From contig NZ_DASZBA010000191.1 in NCBI RefSeq assembly GCF_035944575.1, positions 172 to 64,171 on the forward strand: a stretch of DNA of 64,000 bases, in the 5' to 3' direction. Both the position numbers and the translations under genes were made by a program. Position 1 is the first letter of the stretch. Each line of letters starts with the position of its first letter. Source of the stretch: Noviherbaspirillum sp. (lineage in GTDB: Bacteria > Pseudomonadota > Gammaproteobacteria > Burkholderiales > Burkholderiaceae_D). This document shows, one piece after another, positions 1-10,515 of this stretch. The notes under the pieces are model-generated. The model did no database searches. It saw only the letters and a program-made list of their open reading frames with translations, and was not told the origin of the DNA.

Positions 1-7
1 CAGAGAC

Positions 8-2023
8 ATGTTCACCAAAATCCTGATTGCAAACCGCGGCGAGATCGCTTGCCGCGTGGCCGCAACCGCGCACCGGCTCGGCGTCAAAAGCGTCGCCGTG
101 TATTCGGAAGCGGATGCAAACGCCAAGCACGTTGCCGTATGCGATGAAGCGGTGCCGATCGGACCGGCGCCCGCGAAGGAAAGCTATCTCAAGGGCGACA
201 AGATCATCGAGGTCGCGCTCGCCACCGGCGCGCAGGCGATCCATCCCGGCTACGGCTTCCTGTCCGAGAACGAAGCCTTCGCCAAGGCCTGCGCCGATGC
301 GGGCCTGGTCTTCATCGGGCCGCCCGCCCCGGCGATCCATGCGATGGGGTCCAAATCCGCAGCGAAAGCGCTGATGGAAACCGCCGGCGTGCCGCTGGTG
401 CCCGGCTATCACGGCGACAACCAGGACCCGGATTTCCTGCGGCAGCAGGCCGACAAGATCGGCTATCCGGTATTGCTCAAGGCCAGCGCGGGCGGCGGCG
501 GCAAGGGCATGCGCATCGTCGAGAAAAGCGAGGACTTCAAGGCCGCGCTCGCTTCCTGCAAGCGCGAGGCGATCAGCAGTTTCGGCGATGACAAGGTGCT
601 GGTGGAAAAATACCTGACCCGTCCGCGCCACATCGAAATCCAGGTGTTCGCCGACACGCAAGGCAATTGCGTCTACCTGTTCGAGCGCGATTGCTCGGTG
701 CAGCGCCGCCACCAGAAAGTGCTGGAAGAAGCGCCGGCGCCCGGCATGACGGAAGAGCGCCGCCGGGCGATGGGCGAGGCTGCGGTGGCGGCTGCGAAGG
801 CGGTCGGCTACGTCGGCGCCGGCACGGTGGAATTCATCGCCAACCAGGACGGATCGTTCTACTTCATGGAGATGAATACCCGCTTGCAGGTCGAGCATCC
901 GGTGACGGAGATGATCACCGGGCTGGATTTGGTGGAATGGCAGCTCAGGGTGGCCGCCGGGCAGCCGTTGCCGAAAAAGCAGGAGGAACTGGCGATCCGC
1001 GGCCATGCGCTGGAAGCACGGATCTATGCGGAAAATCCGGAGAAGGGATTCCTGCCGTCGATCGGGGCCCTGCGGCATTTGCATACGCCGGAAGCGGTCG
1101 CCTTCATGTTGGGCCAAGGCGAAAGCGCGATCACACCTGCGGCGATCCGGATCGACTCCGGCGTCCGCGAAGGCGACACCATTTCCCCGTTCTACGACCC
1201 GATGATCGCCAAGCTGATCGTCTGGGGAGACGACCGCGCCGAAGCGCTCGCCCACATGTCGCAGGCGCTGTCCGAATATCGCATCGTGGGTCTCAGCAGC
1301 AACGTTGCCTTCCTCAAGCGGCTGGTCGAAAGCCCGGCATTCTCGCAGGCCGATCTCGATACCGGCCTGATCGAACGCAATCACGACGTCCTGTTCCCGA
1401 AGGCAATGCCGGTGACGATCGATGTCGTCTCGTTGGCTGCAGCTTTCCTCCTCACATCGGAGCAGAATGTCGGCGCTGCGGCCAATGACCCGTGGGCCGA
1501 TACCACCGGCTGGCGCATGAACGGTACGCTGCTGCGCCGGCTCGATTTCTCGGACGAATCGCATGCCTATCCCGCCGACATCGGTTATCGCGAAACCGGC
1601 TGGTCGGTGCAACTCGGCGAGCGCACGGCGGTCATGACGTTAATCGAGCGCCATGGTGCGCAACTGGTGATCAAGGTCGACGGCGCGACGGTGCGCGGCA
1701 CGGTGGTGCGCGACGGCGAGGCGTTCCATGTGTTCACCGGCGGCATGCATCATGTGCTGGCCTACAGCGATCCGCTGGCCCATGCCGGCGAAGCCGAGGC
1801 CGAAGGCGGCCGCCTCACCGCGCCGATGCCGGGCAAGATCGTGGCCGTGCTGGCGGAGAAAGGCAAGACGGTGGAAAAAGGCGCACCATTGCTGATCATG
1901 GAAGCCATGAAAATGGAACACACGATCGCCGCGCCGGCGGACGGCATGGTGGAAGACCTGCTGTATGCGGTCGGTGACCAGGTAGCGGAAGGCGCGCAGT
2001 TGCTGGCGTTCAAGGCGGCGTAG
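8..2023 (+). CDS. liuD: Biotin-dependent acyl-CoA carboxylase alpha subunit (biotin carboxylase plus biotinyl domain), most likely 3-methylcrotonyl-CoA carboxylase alpha
   Basis: 671-aa ORF. N-terminus is MFTKILIANRGEIACR, the ATP-grasp glycine loop is KASAGGGGKGMR, and the C-terminal biotinylation motif is EAMKMEH. HMG-CoA lyase follows, as in liu/mcc clusters. Confidence 0.85.
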   Translation: MFTKILIANRGEIACRVAATAHRLGVKSVAVYSEADANAKHVAVCDEAVPIGPAPAKESYLKGDKIIEVALATGAQAIHPGYGFLSENEAFAKACADAGLVFIGPPAPAIHAMGSKSAAKALMETAGVPLVPGYHGDNQDPDFLRQQADKIGYPVLLKASAGGGGKGMRIVEKSEDFKAALASCKREAISSFGDDKVLVEKYLTRPRHIEIQVFADTQGNCVYLFERDCSVQRRHQKVLEEAPAPGMTEERRRAMGEAAVAAAKAVGYVGAGTVEFIANQDGSFYFMEMNTRLQVEHPVTEMITGLDLVEWQLRVAAGQPLPKKQEELAIRGHALEARIYAENPEKGFLPSIGALRHLHTPEAVAFMLGQGESAITPAAIRIDSGVREGDTISPFYDPMIAKLIVWGDDRAEALAHMSQALSEYRIVGLSSNVAFLKRLVESPAFSQADLDTGLIERNHDVLFPKAMPVTIDVVSLAAAFLLTSEQNVGAAANDPWADTTGWRMNGTLLRRLDFSDESHAYPADIGYRETGWSVQLGERTAVMTLIERHGAQLVIKVDGATVRGTVVRDGEAFHVFTGGMHHVLAYSDPLAHAGEAEAEGGRLTAPMPGKIVAVLAEKGKTVEKGAPLLIMEAMKMEHTIAAPADGMVEDLLYAVGDQVAEGAQLLAFKAA

Positions 2024-2045
2024 CGGCGTGACTTAGAAACAGCAG

Positions 2046-2271
2046 GTTCCTTCCCACTCGTAGGGGATGAAGCCGGGGTTTCGCAACGCATGCGTTGCCC
2101 CGGCTGAATCGAAGCCGCTTGCAAGCGGCGACGTGGAAAAGTTGTAAGCGGACCGGCTCCTTCCCCCTGTCAGGGGGAAGGCTGGAATGGGGGTAGTGGG
2201 ATCGAGTAAACGCATGCAGTCGATCAACCTTCACACCCCCACCCTAGCCCTCCCCCTAAAAGGGGGAGGGG
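2046..2271 (-). repeat. Composite palindromic repeat, full copy (modules E-D-C-B-A as read on the plus strand)
   Basis: Hairpins lie at 2072-2104 (GCAACGCATGCGTTGC core), 2114-2129 (GCCGCTTGCAAGCGGC), 2159-2181 (CCTTCCCCC/GGGGGAAGG), about 2193-2235 (degenerate long IR) and 2248-2270 (CCCTCCCCC/GGGGGAGGG). Confidence 0.8.
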
Positions 2272-2323
2272 ACCTGTTCTTTATGGCGCGAACCAGCGCG
2301 GACTACATCGAAAAGGCAACCCT

Positions 2324-3232
2324 ATGACCCTCCCCAACAAAGTCAAAATTGTCGAAGTCGGCCCGCGCGACGGCCTGCAGAACGAAAAGGAAACCATTCC
2401 CGCCGCCGTCAAGATCGAGCTGGTCGACCGGCTGACCGACGCCGGCTTCTCCAACGTCGAAGCGGCATCCTTCGTCTCGCCGAAATGGGTGCCGCAGATG
2501 GCCACCTCCACAGAGGTGATGGAAAAGATCCGCCGCAAGCCCGGCGTGATCTATTCGGTGCTCACGCCCAACATGAAAGGCTTCGAGGCCGCCGTCGCGG
2601 CGAAGGCGGATGAAGTCGTGATCTTCGGCGCCGCATCCGAAGCCTTCTCGCAGCGAAACATCAACTGCTCGATTGCAGAATCGATCGAGCGCTTTCGCGA
2701 CGTCGCGCAATCGGCCAAGCAGCACGGCATCCGCCTGCGCGGCAGTATCAGCTGCTCGTTCGGCTGCCCCTACCAGGGAGAGGTATCGCCGGACAGCGTG
2801 GCCGACGTGGTGCGGCGCCTGCGCGATCTCGGCTGCGATGAGATCGATATCGCCGACACCATCGGCGTCGCGACGCCAAACAAGGTCAAGACGGTATTCG
2901 AGCGGGTGAAGCAGGAATTCCCCGCCGAGCGCCTCTCCGGCCATTTCCACGACACCTACGGGCAGGCGCTGGCCAATATCTACGCCGGCATGGAATCCGG
3001 CATCGCGATCTACCACTCGTCGATCGCCGGCCTCGGCGGCTGCCCATACGCGAAGGGCGCGACCGGCAATGTGTCAACCGAAGACGTCTTGTACATGATG
3101 AACGGACTCGGCATCGATACCGGTATCGACCTCGACGCGGTGGTGGATGCCGGCCAGTTCATCTCGCAGCATCTCGGCCGCAAGGCCGCCAGCCGGGCCG
3201 GCAACGCCATCGCCGCCAAGCGGCAGGGCTGA
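2324..3232 (+). CDS. liuE: Hydroxymethylglutaryl-CoA lyase
   Basis: 302-aa ORF. VKIVEVGPRDGLQNE and HFHDTYGQALAN are typical of HMGL-like DRE-TIM lyases. It lies downstream of the carboxylase alpha subunit. Confidence 0.9.
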   Translation: MTLPNKVKIVEVGPRDGLQNEKETIPAAVKIELVDRLTDAGFSNVEAASFVSPKWVPQMATSTEVMEKIRRKPGVIYSVLTPNMKGFEAAVAAKADEVVIFGAASEAFSQRNINCSIAESIERFRDVAQSAKQHGIRLRGSISCSFGCPYQGEVSPDSVADVVRRLRDLGCDEIDIADTIGVATPNKVKTVFERVKQEFPAERLSGHFHDTYGQALANIYAGMESGIAIYHSSIAGLGGCPYAKGATGNVSTEDVLYMMNGLGIDTGIDLDAVVDAGQFISQHLGRKAASRAGNAIAAKRQG

Positions 3233-3250
3233 CACCACCGGCACGACCCG

Positions 3251-4414
<1,164 letters not shown>

Positions 4415-4425
4415 ACGGATGTGCA

Positions 4426-5013
4426 ATGCCTGACCTATTGCGCCCTCTGCTGATCGAGATCGCGGCCTGCCGGCAATGCGCCGCCCATCTGCCGCACGGC
4501 CCGCGCCCGGTGGTGCAGGCCGGCCGCCATGCGCGCCTGCTCATCGTCGGCCAGGCGCCCGGCCGGCGGGTGCACGACACCGGCATCCCGTGGAATGATC
4601 CCTCCGGCAACCGCCTGCGCGACTGGCTCGCCATGCCGCCGGACATTTTCTACGACCCGAAGGTCGTTGCCATCATGCCCACCGCCTTCTGCTATCCCGG
4701 CAAGGGCAAAAGCGGCGATCTGCCGCCCCGCCCGGAATGCGCGCCGCTGTGGCATGACCGCGTGCTCGCCGCGATGCCGGACGTGCGGCTCACGCTGCTG
4801 GTCGGGCGCCATGCACAGGAACGCTTTTTACAGCACAATGCCAAGGCCACCCTGACCGAAACCGTGGCGGCCTGGCGCGACTACCTTCCTGCGTACCTGC
4901 CCCTGCCGCATCCCAGTCCGCGCAACCAGTCCTGGTGGAAAAGCAACCCCTGGTTTGAAACCGACGTGCTGCCTGCCCTGCGCGAGCGCGTCAAATCGAT
5001 CATTGCCTCATGA
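4426..5013 (+). CDS. Uracil-DNA glycosylase superfamily protein
   Basis: Start moved to the internal ATG (MPDLLRPLL), 11 nt after the ATPase stop. Motif A-like GQAPG and motif B-like HPSPRN are present. Confidence 0.7.
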   Translation: MPDLLRPLLIEIAACRQCAAHLPHGPRPVVQAGRHARLLIVGQAPGRRVHDTGIPWNDPSGNRLRDWLAMPPDIFYDPKVVAIMPTAFCYPGKGKSGDLPPRPECAPLWHDRVLAAMPDVRLTLLVGRHAQERFLQHNAKATLTETVAAWRDYLPAYLPLPHPSPRNQSWWKSNPWFETDVLPALRERVKSIIAS

Positions 5014-5516
5014 AAGAATCCATGCAACTTCCCGACAGCGCCCAACGCGTCGCCGACCTGCTCAACGCCATCGGCCACGACAAGCCGGTGGTCATGCTCC
5101 CCGAAACCGGCAAGACCTCCGCCGAAGCCGCCGCCGGCCTCGGCTGCGACATCGCCGCCATCGCCAAGTCCATCGTCTTCCGCCGCCTGTCGGATGATGC
5201 GGCGGTGATGGTCGTGGCCAGCGGCGCCAACCGCGTCGATGAACAAAAGGTCGCCGCCATCGTCGGCCCGCTCGGCCGCGCCGACGCGAAGTTCGTCAAG
5301 CAGCGCATCGGCTATGCGATCGGCGGCGTCTGCCCGATCGGCCACGTCGAGAAAACCGTCATGCTCATCGACGAAGACCTGATGCGCCTGGACAGCCTCT
5401 GGGCAGCCGCCGGCCACCCGCATGCGGTCTTCAATCTCACGCCGCAGCAGTTGCTGAACATGACCGGCGCGCCGCTCGCCGATGTCGCGCTGCGCGTGGA
5501 AACGAGGGTGGCGTGA
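5010..5516 (+). CDS. YbaK/EbsC-family aminoacyl-tRNA deacylase-like protein
   Basis: 168-aa ORF. KSIVFR...ASGANRVD...IGYAIGGVCPIGH resembles the YbaK fold. Its start overlaps the upstream stop. Confidence 0.7.
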   Translation: MKESMQLPDSAQRVADLLNAIGHDKPVVMLPETGKTSAEAAAGLGCDIAAIAKSIVFRRLSDDAAVMVVASGANRVDEQKVAAIVGPLGRADAKFVKQRIGYAIGGVCPIGHVEKTVMLIDEDLMRLDSLWAAAGHPHAVFNLTPQQLLNMTGAPLADVALRVETRVA

Positions 5517-5731
5517 CGCCGTCGCCTTCAATGAAGGCGTTCGACCCGGACCATGACGCGTCGCCGGTGCCGTCGCCCTGCATCAATGTTTGCAGCATGA
5601 ATGCGGCGACGGGCTTGTGCGAGGGATGTTTGCGGACGATCGACGAGATCGCGTTGTGGGGTACGGCGACGGAGAATGTGAAAAGGGCAGTGTGGCGGGA
5701 GATTCGGCGGCGGGAGGAGGGGTTGTTTTAG
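5513..5731 (+). CDS. DUF1289-type small Cys-rich protein
   Basis: 72-aa ORF with PCINVCSMNAATGLCEGCLRTIDEIALW. It overlaps the ybaK-like stop by 4 nt. Confidence 0.65.
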   Translation: MTPSPSMKAFDPDHDASPVPSPCINVCSMNAATGLCEGCLRTIDEIALWGTATENVKRAVWREIRRREEGLF

Positions 5732-5780
5732 ATGTGCCTGTTTCATGATGTTTTCATCGCCATCTCCGGCCGGTTCCCTA

Positions 5781-5800
5781 CTCCTTACAGGGGGAAGGAG
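5781..5800. repeat. Solo degenerate C-type hairpin
   Basis: CTCCTTACAGGGGGAAGGAG. Confidence 0.5.
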
Positions 5801-5870
5801 CAGGTAGGCGTAATGGATAAAGATTAGGTGGACACATCGCTTTCAAACCAGAAGGACAATCAGACCAACC

Positions 5871-6509
5871 ATGAAAACACTCCACTGGTACTTCGACTTC
5901 ATCTCCCCCTTCTCCTACCTCCAGGGCGAACTGCTCCCCACGCTCCCGGCAGACGTCGACATCCACTACAAACCCATCCTCTTCGCCGGCCTGCTGAACC
6001 ACTGGGGCAACGTCGGCCCCGCCGAAATCGGTCCCAAGCGCCGCTGGACCTATGAACACTGCGCCTGGCTCGCACACCGCCACAACATCCCGATGACCAT
6101 GCCCGCGCATCACCCCTTCAACCCATTGCCGCTGCTGCGCCTGTGCATCGCGCTCGGCCCGTCGCGCGATGTCGTGCAGCGCCTGTTCCGCTACGTATGG
6201 TGCGACGGCCACCTGCCCACCGAGGAGCAGCACTGGTCCGCGCTGATGCAGGAAGTCGGTGCCACCAGCGACATGCTCGACACACCGGAAGTCAAACAGC
6301 AACTGCGCGCCAACGGCGACGCTGCCATCGCCGACAGCGTCTTCGGCGTGCCGACTGCCGTCGTGGACGGCCGCTGCTTCTGGGGACTGGATTCCACCGA
6401 CATGCTGCGCGCCTGGCTGGCAGGCGATCCGTTCTTCCAGTCGCCGCTGCTGCAGCAGGCGCAGAACATGCAGCCGGGGCTTCAGCGCAACCGGAGCGGC
6501 GGCGCATGA
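5871..6509 (+). CDS. 2-hydroxychromene-2-carboxylate isomerase / DsbA-like thioredoxin-fold protein
   Basis: 212-aa ORF. The N-terminal WYFDFISPFSY and C-terminal GVPTAVVDGRCFWGLD are typical of this family. Confidence 0.7.
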   Translation: MKTLHWYFDFISPFSYLQGELLPTLPADVDIHYKPILFAGLLNHWGNVGPAEIGPKRRWTYEHCAWLAHRHNIPMTMPAHHPFNPLPLLRLCIALGPSRDVVQRLFRYVWCDGHLPTEEQHWSALMQEVGATSDMLDTPEVKQQLRANGDAAIADSVFGVPTAVVDGRCFWGLDSTDMLRAWLAGDPFFQSPLLQQAQNMQPGLQRNRSGGA

Positions 6510-6594
6510 GCATGCATACACGGATTATCGTCATCACCAACGCGTCCGCACATCCGTGCATGCGCCGCGTTGCCGTCACACCCCGAAAGACACC

Positions 6595-7503
6595 ATGAAA
6601 CTACCCGCCACCATGCGCGTGTTCGAACGCGGCTGGCTCTCCTCCAACAACATACTTTTCATCGGCCGCGACGACACCGCGCTGGTCGACAGCGGCTACG
6701 CCACCCACGCGCCGCAAACCGTCGCGCTGGTGCGGCATGCGCTGCAAGGCAGGCCGCTCGACCGCCTGATCAATACCCACATGCATTCAGACCACTGCGG
6801 CGGCAACGCGGCGCTGCAACGCGAGTATGGCTGCCGCACCACGATTCCTGCCTCGGAAGCCGCAGCCGTGCGCACCTGGAACCAGGACGTGCTTACCTTC
6901 GAACTCACCGGCCAGCAATGCGAGCGCTTCACCTTCACCGACACGCTCGCACCAGGCGATGTGATCATGCTGGGCGGCATGGAATGGCAGGTACTCGGCG
7001 CTCCCGGTCATGACCCGCATTCGCTGGTGTTTTATTGTCCCGCCGAGCGCATCCTTATCTCCGCCGATGCGCTATGGGAAAACGGCTTCGGCGTCATCTT
7101 CCCCGAACTGGAAGGCGAATCCGGTTTCGCCGAAACCCGCGCCACGCTGGAACTGATCGCCTCGCTCGATGTGGACCTCGTGATCCCCGGCCATGGCGCG
7201 CCCTTCACCGATGTCGGCGCGGCGTTGAAACGGGCGTTTTCACGGCTCGACTATTTCGTCGCCGATCCAGCGCGTAATGCGCAGAATGCGGTGAAGGTAC
7301 TGCTCAAATTCCTGCTGCTGGAACGGCAATCCATCCCGCTGGCCGACGTGCCGCGCCTGATGGCCGACATGCATCTGTCGGCGGAAGCAAACCGGCGCTA
7401 TCTGCACCAGCCGCCCGAAGATCTCGCCAAGTGGGCGGTGTCGCAACTGGTGCGTGCCTGCGCGGCGAAAGTGGTCGACGATCAATTGGTGGATGCCGGC
7501 TGA
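6595..7503 (+). CDS. MBL-fold metallo-hydrolase
   Basis: Start set at the internal ATG (MKLPATMRVFERGW). The HMHSDHCGG metal motif is present. Confidence 0.8.
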   Translation: MKLPATMRVFERGWLSSNNILFIGRDDTALVDSGYATHAPQTVALVRHALQGRPLDRLINTHMHSDHCGGNAALQREYGCRTTIPASEAAAVRTWNQDVLTFELTGQQCERFTFTDTLAPGDVIMLGGMEWQVLGAPGHDPHSLVFYCPAERILISADALWENGFGVIFPELEGESGFAETRATLELIASLDVDLVIPGHGAPFTDVGAALKRAFSRLDYFVADPARNAQNAVKVLLKFLLLERQSIPLADVPRLMADMHLSAEANRRYLHQPPEDLAKWAVSQLVRACAAKVVDDQLVDAG

Positions 7504-7510
7504 CCGATTC

Positions 7511-7963
7511 TTACCCGCTTACCGTCGCCGACAGCCCGACCTCGACCCGCTCGCCGGGCGCCAGTCCCTCGATCCACGGCATCAGCAATTCGACGACGCC
7601 ATCCGGCTGATGATGCGCGGGTTTCGTCTCCGGATGCGGGTAGTACCAGAGGCCGGCATACGCGCGCCCCTTCACCTTCAATCGCGCGGGCGAAATCACG
7701 AACCGCTCCTCAATGTCTTCAAACCACCGGATGACGCCGTCGAACAGCGGCGCCTGCGGTACCGGCTTGCAGGGCGCGAGGTCGACATTCAGCGTTCCGG
7801 GGAAGTAAGGCGAGAAGTCGATGCCGTGCTGGAGGAAGAAAGGCTGTTGCAAGGAAATCGTGCCGCCGGGATAACGGCGGTCGTTGCCCCGGCCGCTGGC
7901 GACCCCGTGACCGGCGATGAGGACTCCGGGTGTCCAGTTCATCGCGTGATGGTCAGATGACAT
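7511..7963 (-). CDS. Hypothetical protein with DUF120 / archaeal CTP-dependent riboflavin-kinase-like pattern
   Basis: 150-aa ORF. GHGVASGRG...PYFPGTLNVDL recalls the G.V.SG.G ... GTLN pattern of archaeal RibK. This is a motif-level resemblance only. Confidence 0.4.
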   Translation of the reverse strand: MSSDHHAMNWTPGVLIAGHGVASGRGNDRRYPGGTISLQQPFFLQHGIDFSPYFPGTLNVDLAPCKPVPQAPLFDGVIRWFEDIEERFVISPARLKVKGRAYAGLWYYPHPETKPAHHQPDGVVELLMPWIEGLAPGERVEVGLSATVSG

Positions 7964-8009
7964 GGGTTACGCCATCCGGGCGATATATGGGCGCGGAACA
8001 GTTGCATGT

Positions 8010-8531
8010 TCAACTCGACGGAAACGCATCGATTTCCGCCGCGGCCGCACCGGCAAGCGCCGCAGGTTGAATGCCCATGGCTTCCAGTGCACGCAAGGCG
8101 ACGCCGTGACGGGCGGCGGTGGCAGCCAGCAGGACGTGCGCGCCCAGCAACGGCTTGCCTGCATCCTCTTTTTTCCGCGCGGCCAACTGTTGCATCAGTG
8201 CTTGCGCTGACGGTTGCGCATGGTAGACACCCTTACCCGCAGGGATGGGAGCGGCAGCGCTCCCTGCCGCATCGAGCGACACTTCGATGCCAATATTGCG
8301 CAACGCATCGTCGTATTGCCGGGCGATCGCCGCACGATAACCGTCCGGGTCGCTCTGCATGCGCTCGAACGCCTTGCGTGCCGTTCCGTCCGGCAGCGCC
8401 AGTGCGGCAAGAACAAAATGTTCCGCGCCCGGTTCCTTCCGGCCGTCCGCGTTCGCATATGATTCGGCGTTTTGGCAAAGTACCTTGATGGTATGCATGT
8501 CCTGAAAACGCTGTCTGATTCTGGTGAACAT
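8010..8531 (-). CDS. Clp N-terminal (Clp_R) repeat domain protein
   Basis: Start set at the internal ATG (MFTRIRQRF). It has two helical repeats with EHFVLAAL and AHVLLAAT, resembling the ClpA/B N-domain. Confidence 0.55.
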   Translation of the reverse strand: MFTRIRQRFQDMHTIKVLCQNAESYANADGRKEPGAEHFVLAALALPDGTARKAFERMQSDPDGYRAAIARQYDDALRNIGIEVSLDAAGSAAAPIPAGKGVYHAQPSAQALMQQLAARKKEDAGKPLLGAHVLLAATAARHGVALRALEAMGIQPAALAGAAAAEIDAFPSS

Positions 8532-8544
8532 GGAAGCTCCCGGT

Positions 8545-8763
8545 TTATGAATGCGGTTTTGAAAGCGTGCCGGCCAGGCGCTTATGTGCCGCCTGCTTCG
8601 ATACGCCAAGCGCTTCGGCAATCTGCGACCACGACCAGCCCTGATCCAGCGCAGCTTCCACGGCCTTGCGCTCCAGCTTGTCCGCCATCAGGCGCAATGC
8701 CACGACGGCGGCCAGTGCTTCGGCGGGATCGTCGGGAGAAGGAAGCGATTTGGGATTCATCAT
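8545..8763 (-). CDS. Small helix-turn-helix protein
   Basis: Start set at MMNPK. The C-terminal WSWSQIAEALGVSKQAAHKRL is a classic HTH. It lies 13 nt upstream of the Clp_N gene on the same strand. Confidence 0.55.
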   Translation of the reverse strand: MMNPKSLPSPDDPAEALAAVVALRLMADKLERKAVEAALDQGWSWSQIAEALGVSKQAAHKRLAGTLSKPHS

Positions 8764-8874
8764 GCGCCAATGATAGTTGACGCAGATTTTAATTGTCAAC
8801 TGATGTTGACGGCCATGCCCAACGATGGTGTGCCGGGATGAACGACATCGCCCCGATCCGCTCATCCCTGGCCG

Positions 8875-9921
8875 TTACTTCACGCCGTCCAGAAGATGCC
8901 GTTTGAAAAAGGCGGTGATCTGTTCGTTGATTTTCGGAACAATCGCGTTCCTGTCGAAATCCGGAGGATCGCCGACGAGTGCCTCGACCGCAACGGAACG
9001 GCCGGGCGGAAGGGGGCTTAGCAGTGCACCGTGACCACCGGTCGGCAGATCCGCAAGATGTTCACACGACCGGCATGCCTGCAGTACGGCGTCGCTGTGA
9101 AATCGCGGGGTCAGCCACTTGTCTTTCCGCGCCGAGATGATCGCCAATGCCGGCCGCGGGTTCTTCAGGGAGTCAGGATCGAAATCGACGGCGAAGGGCA
9201 CGCCGGCAACTATCGCAGTGATGCGGGGATCGCTATGTTCGTACCACGAAGGGTCATTGAACTTCATGTTGTTCACGTTACGGACGAGTGCGAGTTTGAT
9301 GCCGTCAAATAGGCTTCCGGTAAGAAACATGAAGGGCCCGGCACAGGTATGAAAGTCTTCCTCGATGTATTCGTTGCAATGGCGCCGGAGCTGCGAAGGA
9401 GACCATTTGCCTCCGGCAAGCGTCAGCGCGGTATGGCCACCGGCGGACATGCCGAACATACCGATACGGGCAAAGTCGAGAGCCGGACCGAATGCCGGCT
9501 CGGCGCGCACCCTGTCGATCGCGCGCGTGACTTCCGTCGGCCGCCTGCGCCAGCTTGGCGGCCCCGGTTCGCTATTGTCCTTGTAGTTGTCGCCGAAATG
9601 TTCCGGCAGCGCCACGACAAAACCCGCGTTGACCAGCGACTTCGCGAGATCGAAATGCACCCACGGCGACGCGGGCGACCCATGCGATATCACGATGAGA
9701 CGCCGGTTGACCGCTCCCAGCGGCGCATCCACCGCGACATTCATGGTAAACGCGCCCCTGCGTTCGACGGCCGGCTCCGATGCGGTCGGATAGAAAATCG
9801 TGACCGGACCGGATTCCGCATCCCCCTCCAGCTCGGCAAGCCCGACGGCTGCTCCGGCCGGGCCGGCACATGCAAGCAACAGGATAATGTAAGCGAGACG
9901 AAGTGCGCGATGCATGATCAA
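8875..9921 (-). CDS. Secreted alpha/beta hydrolase (dienelactone hydrolase / PAF-acetylhydrolase-like)
   Basis: 348-aa ORF with a signal peptide (LLLACAGPAGA) and the nucleophile elbow GMSAGGH. Confidence 0.7.
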   Translation of the reverse strand: MIMHRALRLAYIILLLACAGPAGAAVGLAELEGDAESGPVTIFYPTASEPAVERRGAFTMNVAVDAPLGAVNRRLIVISHGSPASPWVHFDLAKSLVNAGFVVALPEHFGDNYKDNSEPGPPSWRRRPTEVTRAIDRVRAEPAFGPALDFARIGMFGMSAGGHTALTLAGGKWSPSQLRRHCNEYIEEDFHTCAGPFMFLTGSLFDGIKLALVRNVNNMKFNDPSWYEHSDPRITAIVAGVPFAVDFDPDSLKNPRPALAIISARKDKWLTPRFHSDAVLQACRSCEHLADLPTGGHGALLSPLPPGRSVAVEALVGDPPDFDRNAIVPKINEQITAFFKRHLLDGVK

Positions 9922-9969
9922 GGGAAGATAGATAAGGAAGCAATCCGATATGTCGCCACCATGGAAACC

Positions 9970-10389
9970 TCAGTCAACGCTGGCAGGACCCGGCGGGTTC
10001 TTGGCGAACCACTCCACGATCATGCCCATGTTGTCTTCGAAACCGCCGGGTGTGGAAATGTTCAGCACCCCGGCCCGGGCGCCGGTCCGGTTCTGGAAAT
10101 CATGTGTCGCCCCCGCCGGCGCCAGTACGAAGGAACCTTTCGGGCAATCGATCCATGCGCCGTCGACGAAAAAGCTCATCGTGCCCTCAAGCACGTAGAA
10201 GACATCATCTTCGTCATGCGAATGCGCGCCCGGCCCCTGGGTATTTGGTTCAAGCCACCACTCGGAGATGGAATATTTGCGATTCGACTCAGCGCCGTCG
10301 GCTTTGAACAAGGCGGACATGCCGCCCATCCGGTAGGGCCGGCCTTCACCGGGACGAAGAACGATGGGACGGCGGGTTGTCTCTTCCAT
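9970..10389 (-). CDS. Cupin domain protein
   Basis: 139-aa ORF with GPGAHSHDEDDVFYVLEGT ... PAGATHDF cupin motifs. Confidence 0.75.
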   Translation of the reverse strand: MEETTRRPIVLRPGEGRPYRMGGMSALFKADGAESNRKYSISEWWLEPNTQGPGAHSHDEDDVFYVLEGTMSFFVDGAWIDCPKGSFVLAPAGATHDFQNRTGARAGVLNISTPGGFEDNMGMIVEWFAKNPPGPASVD

Positions 10390-10515
10390 GGCGCTTCCTG
10401 TTATCGTGAAACGGCTGAGGTGGCATGAGCTGCCAAATGGCAGATTACCATGGTGCGGGACTACATCAGGCAGGCATGGCGATTCAGGCAGGAAACCGCG
10501 ATGAGGGCATAAAAA

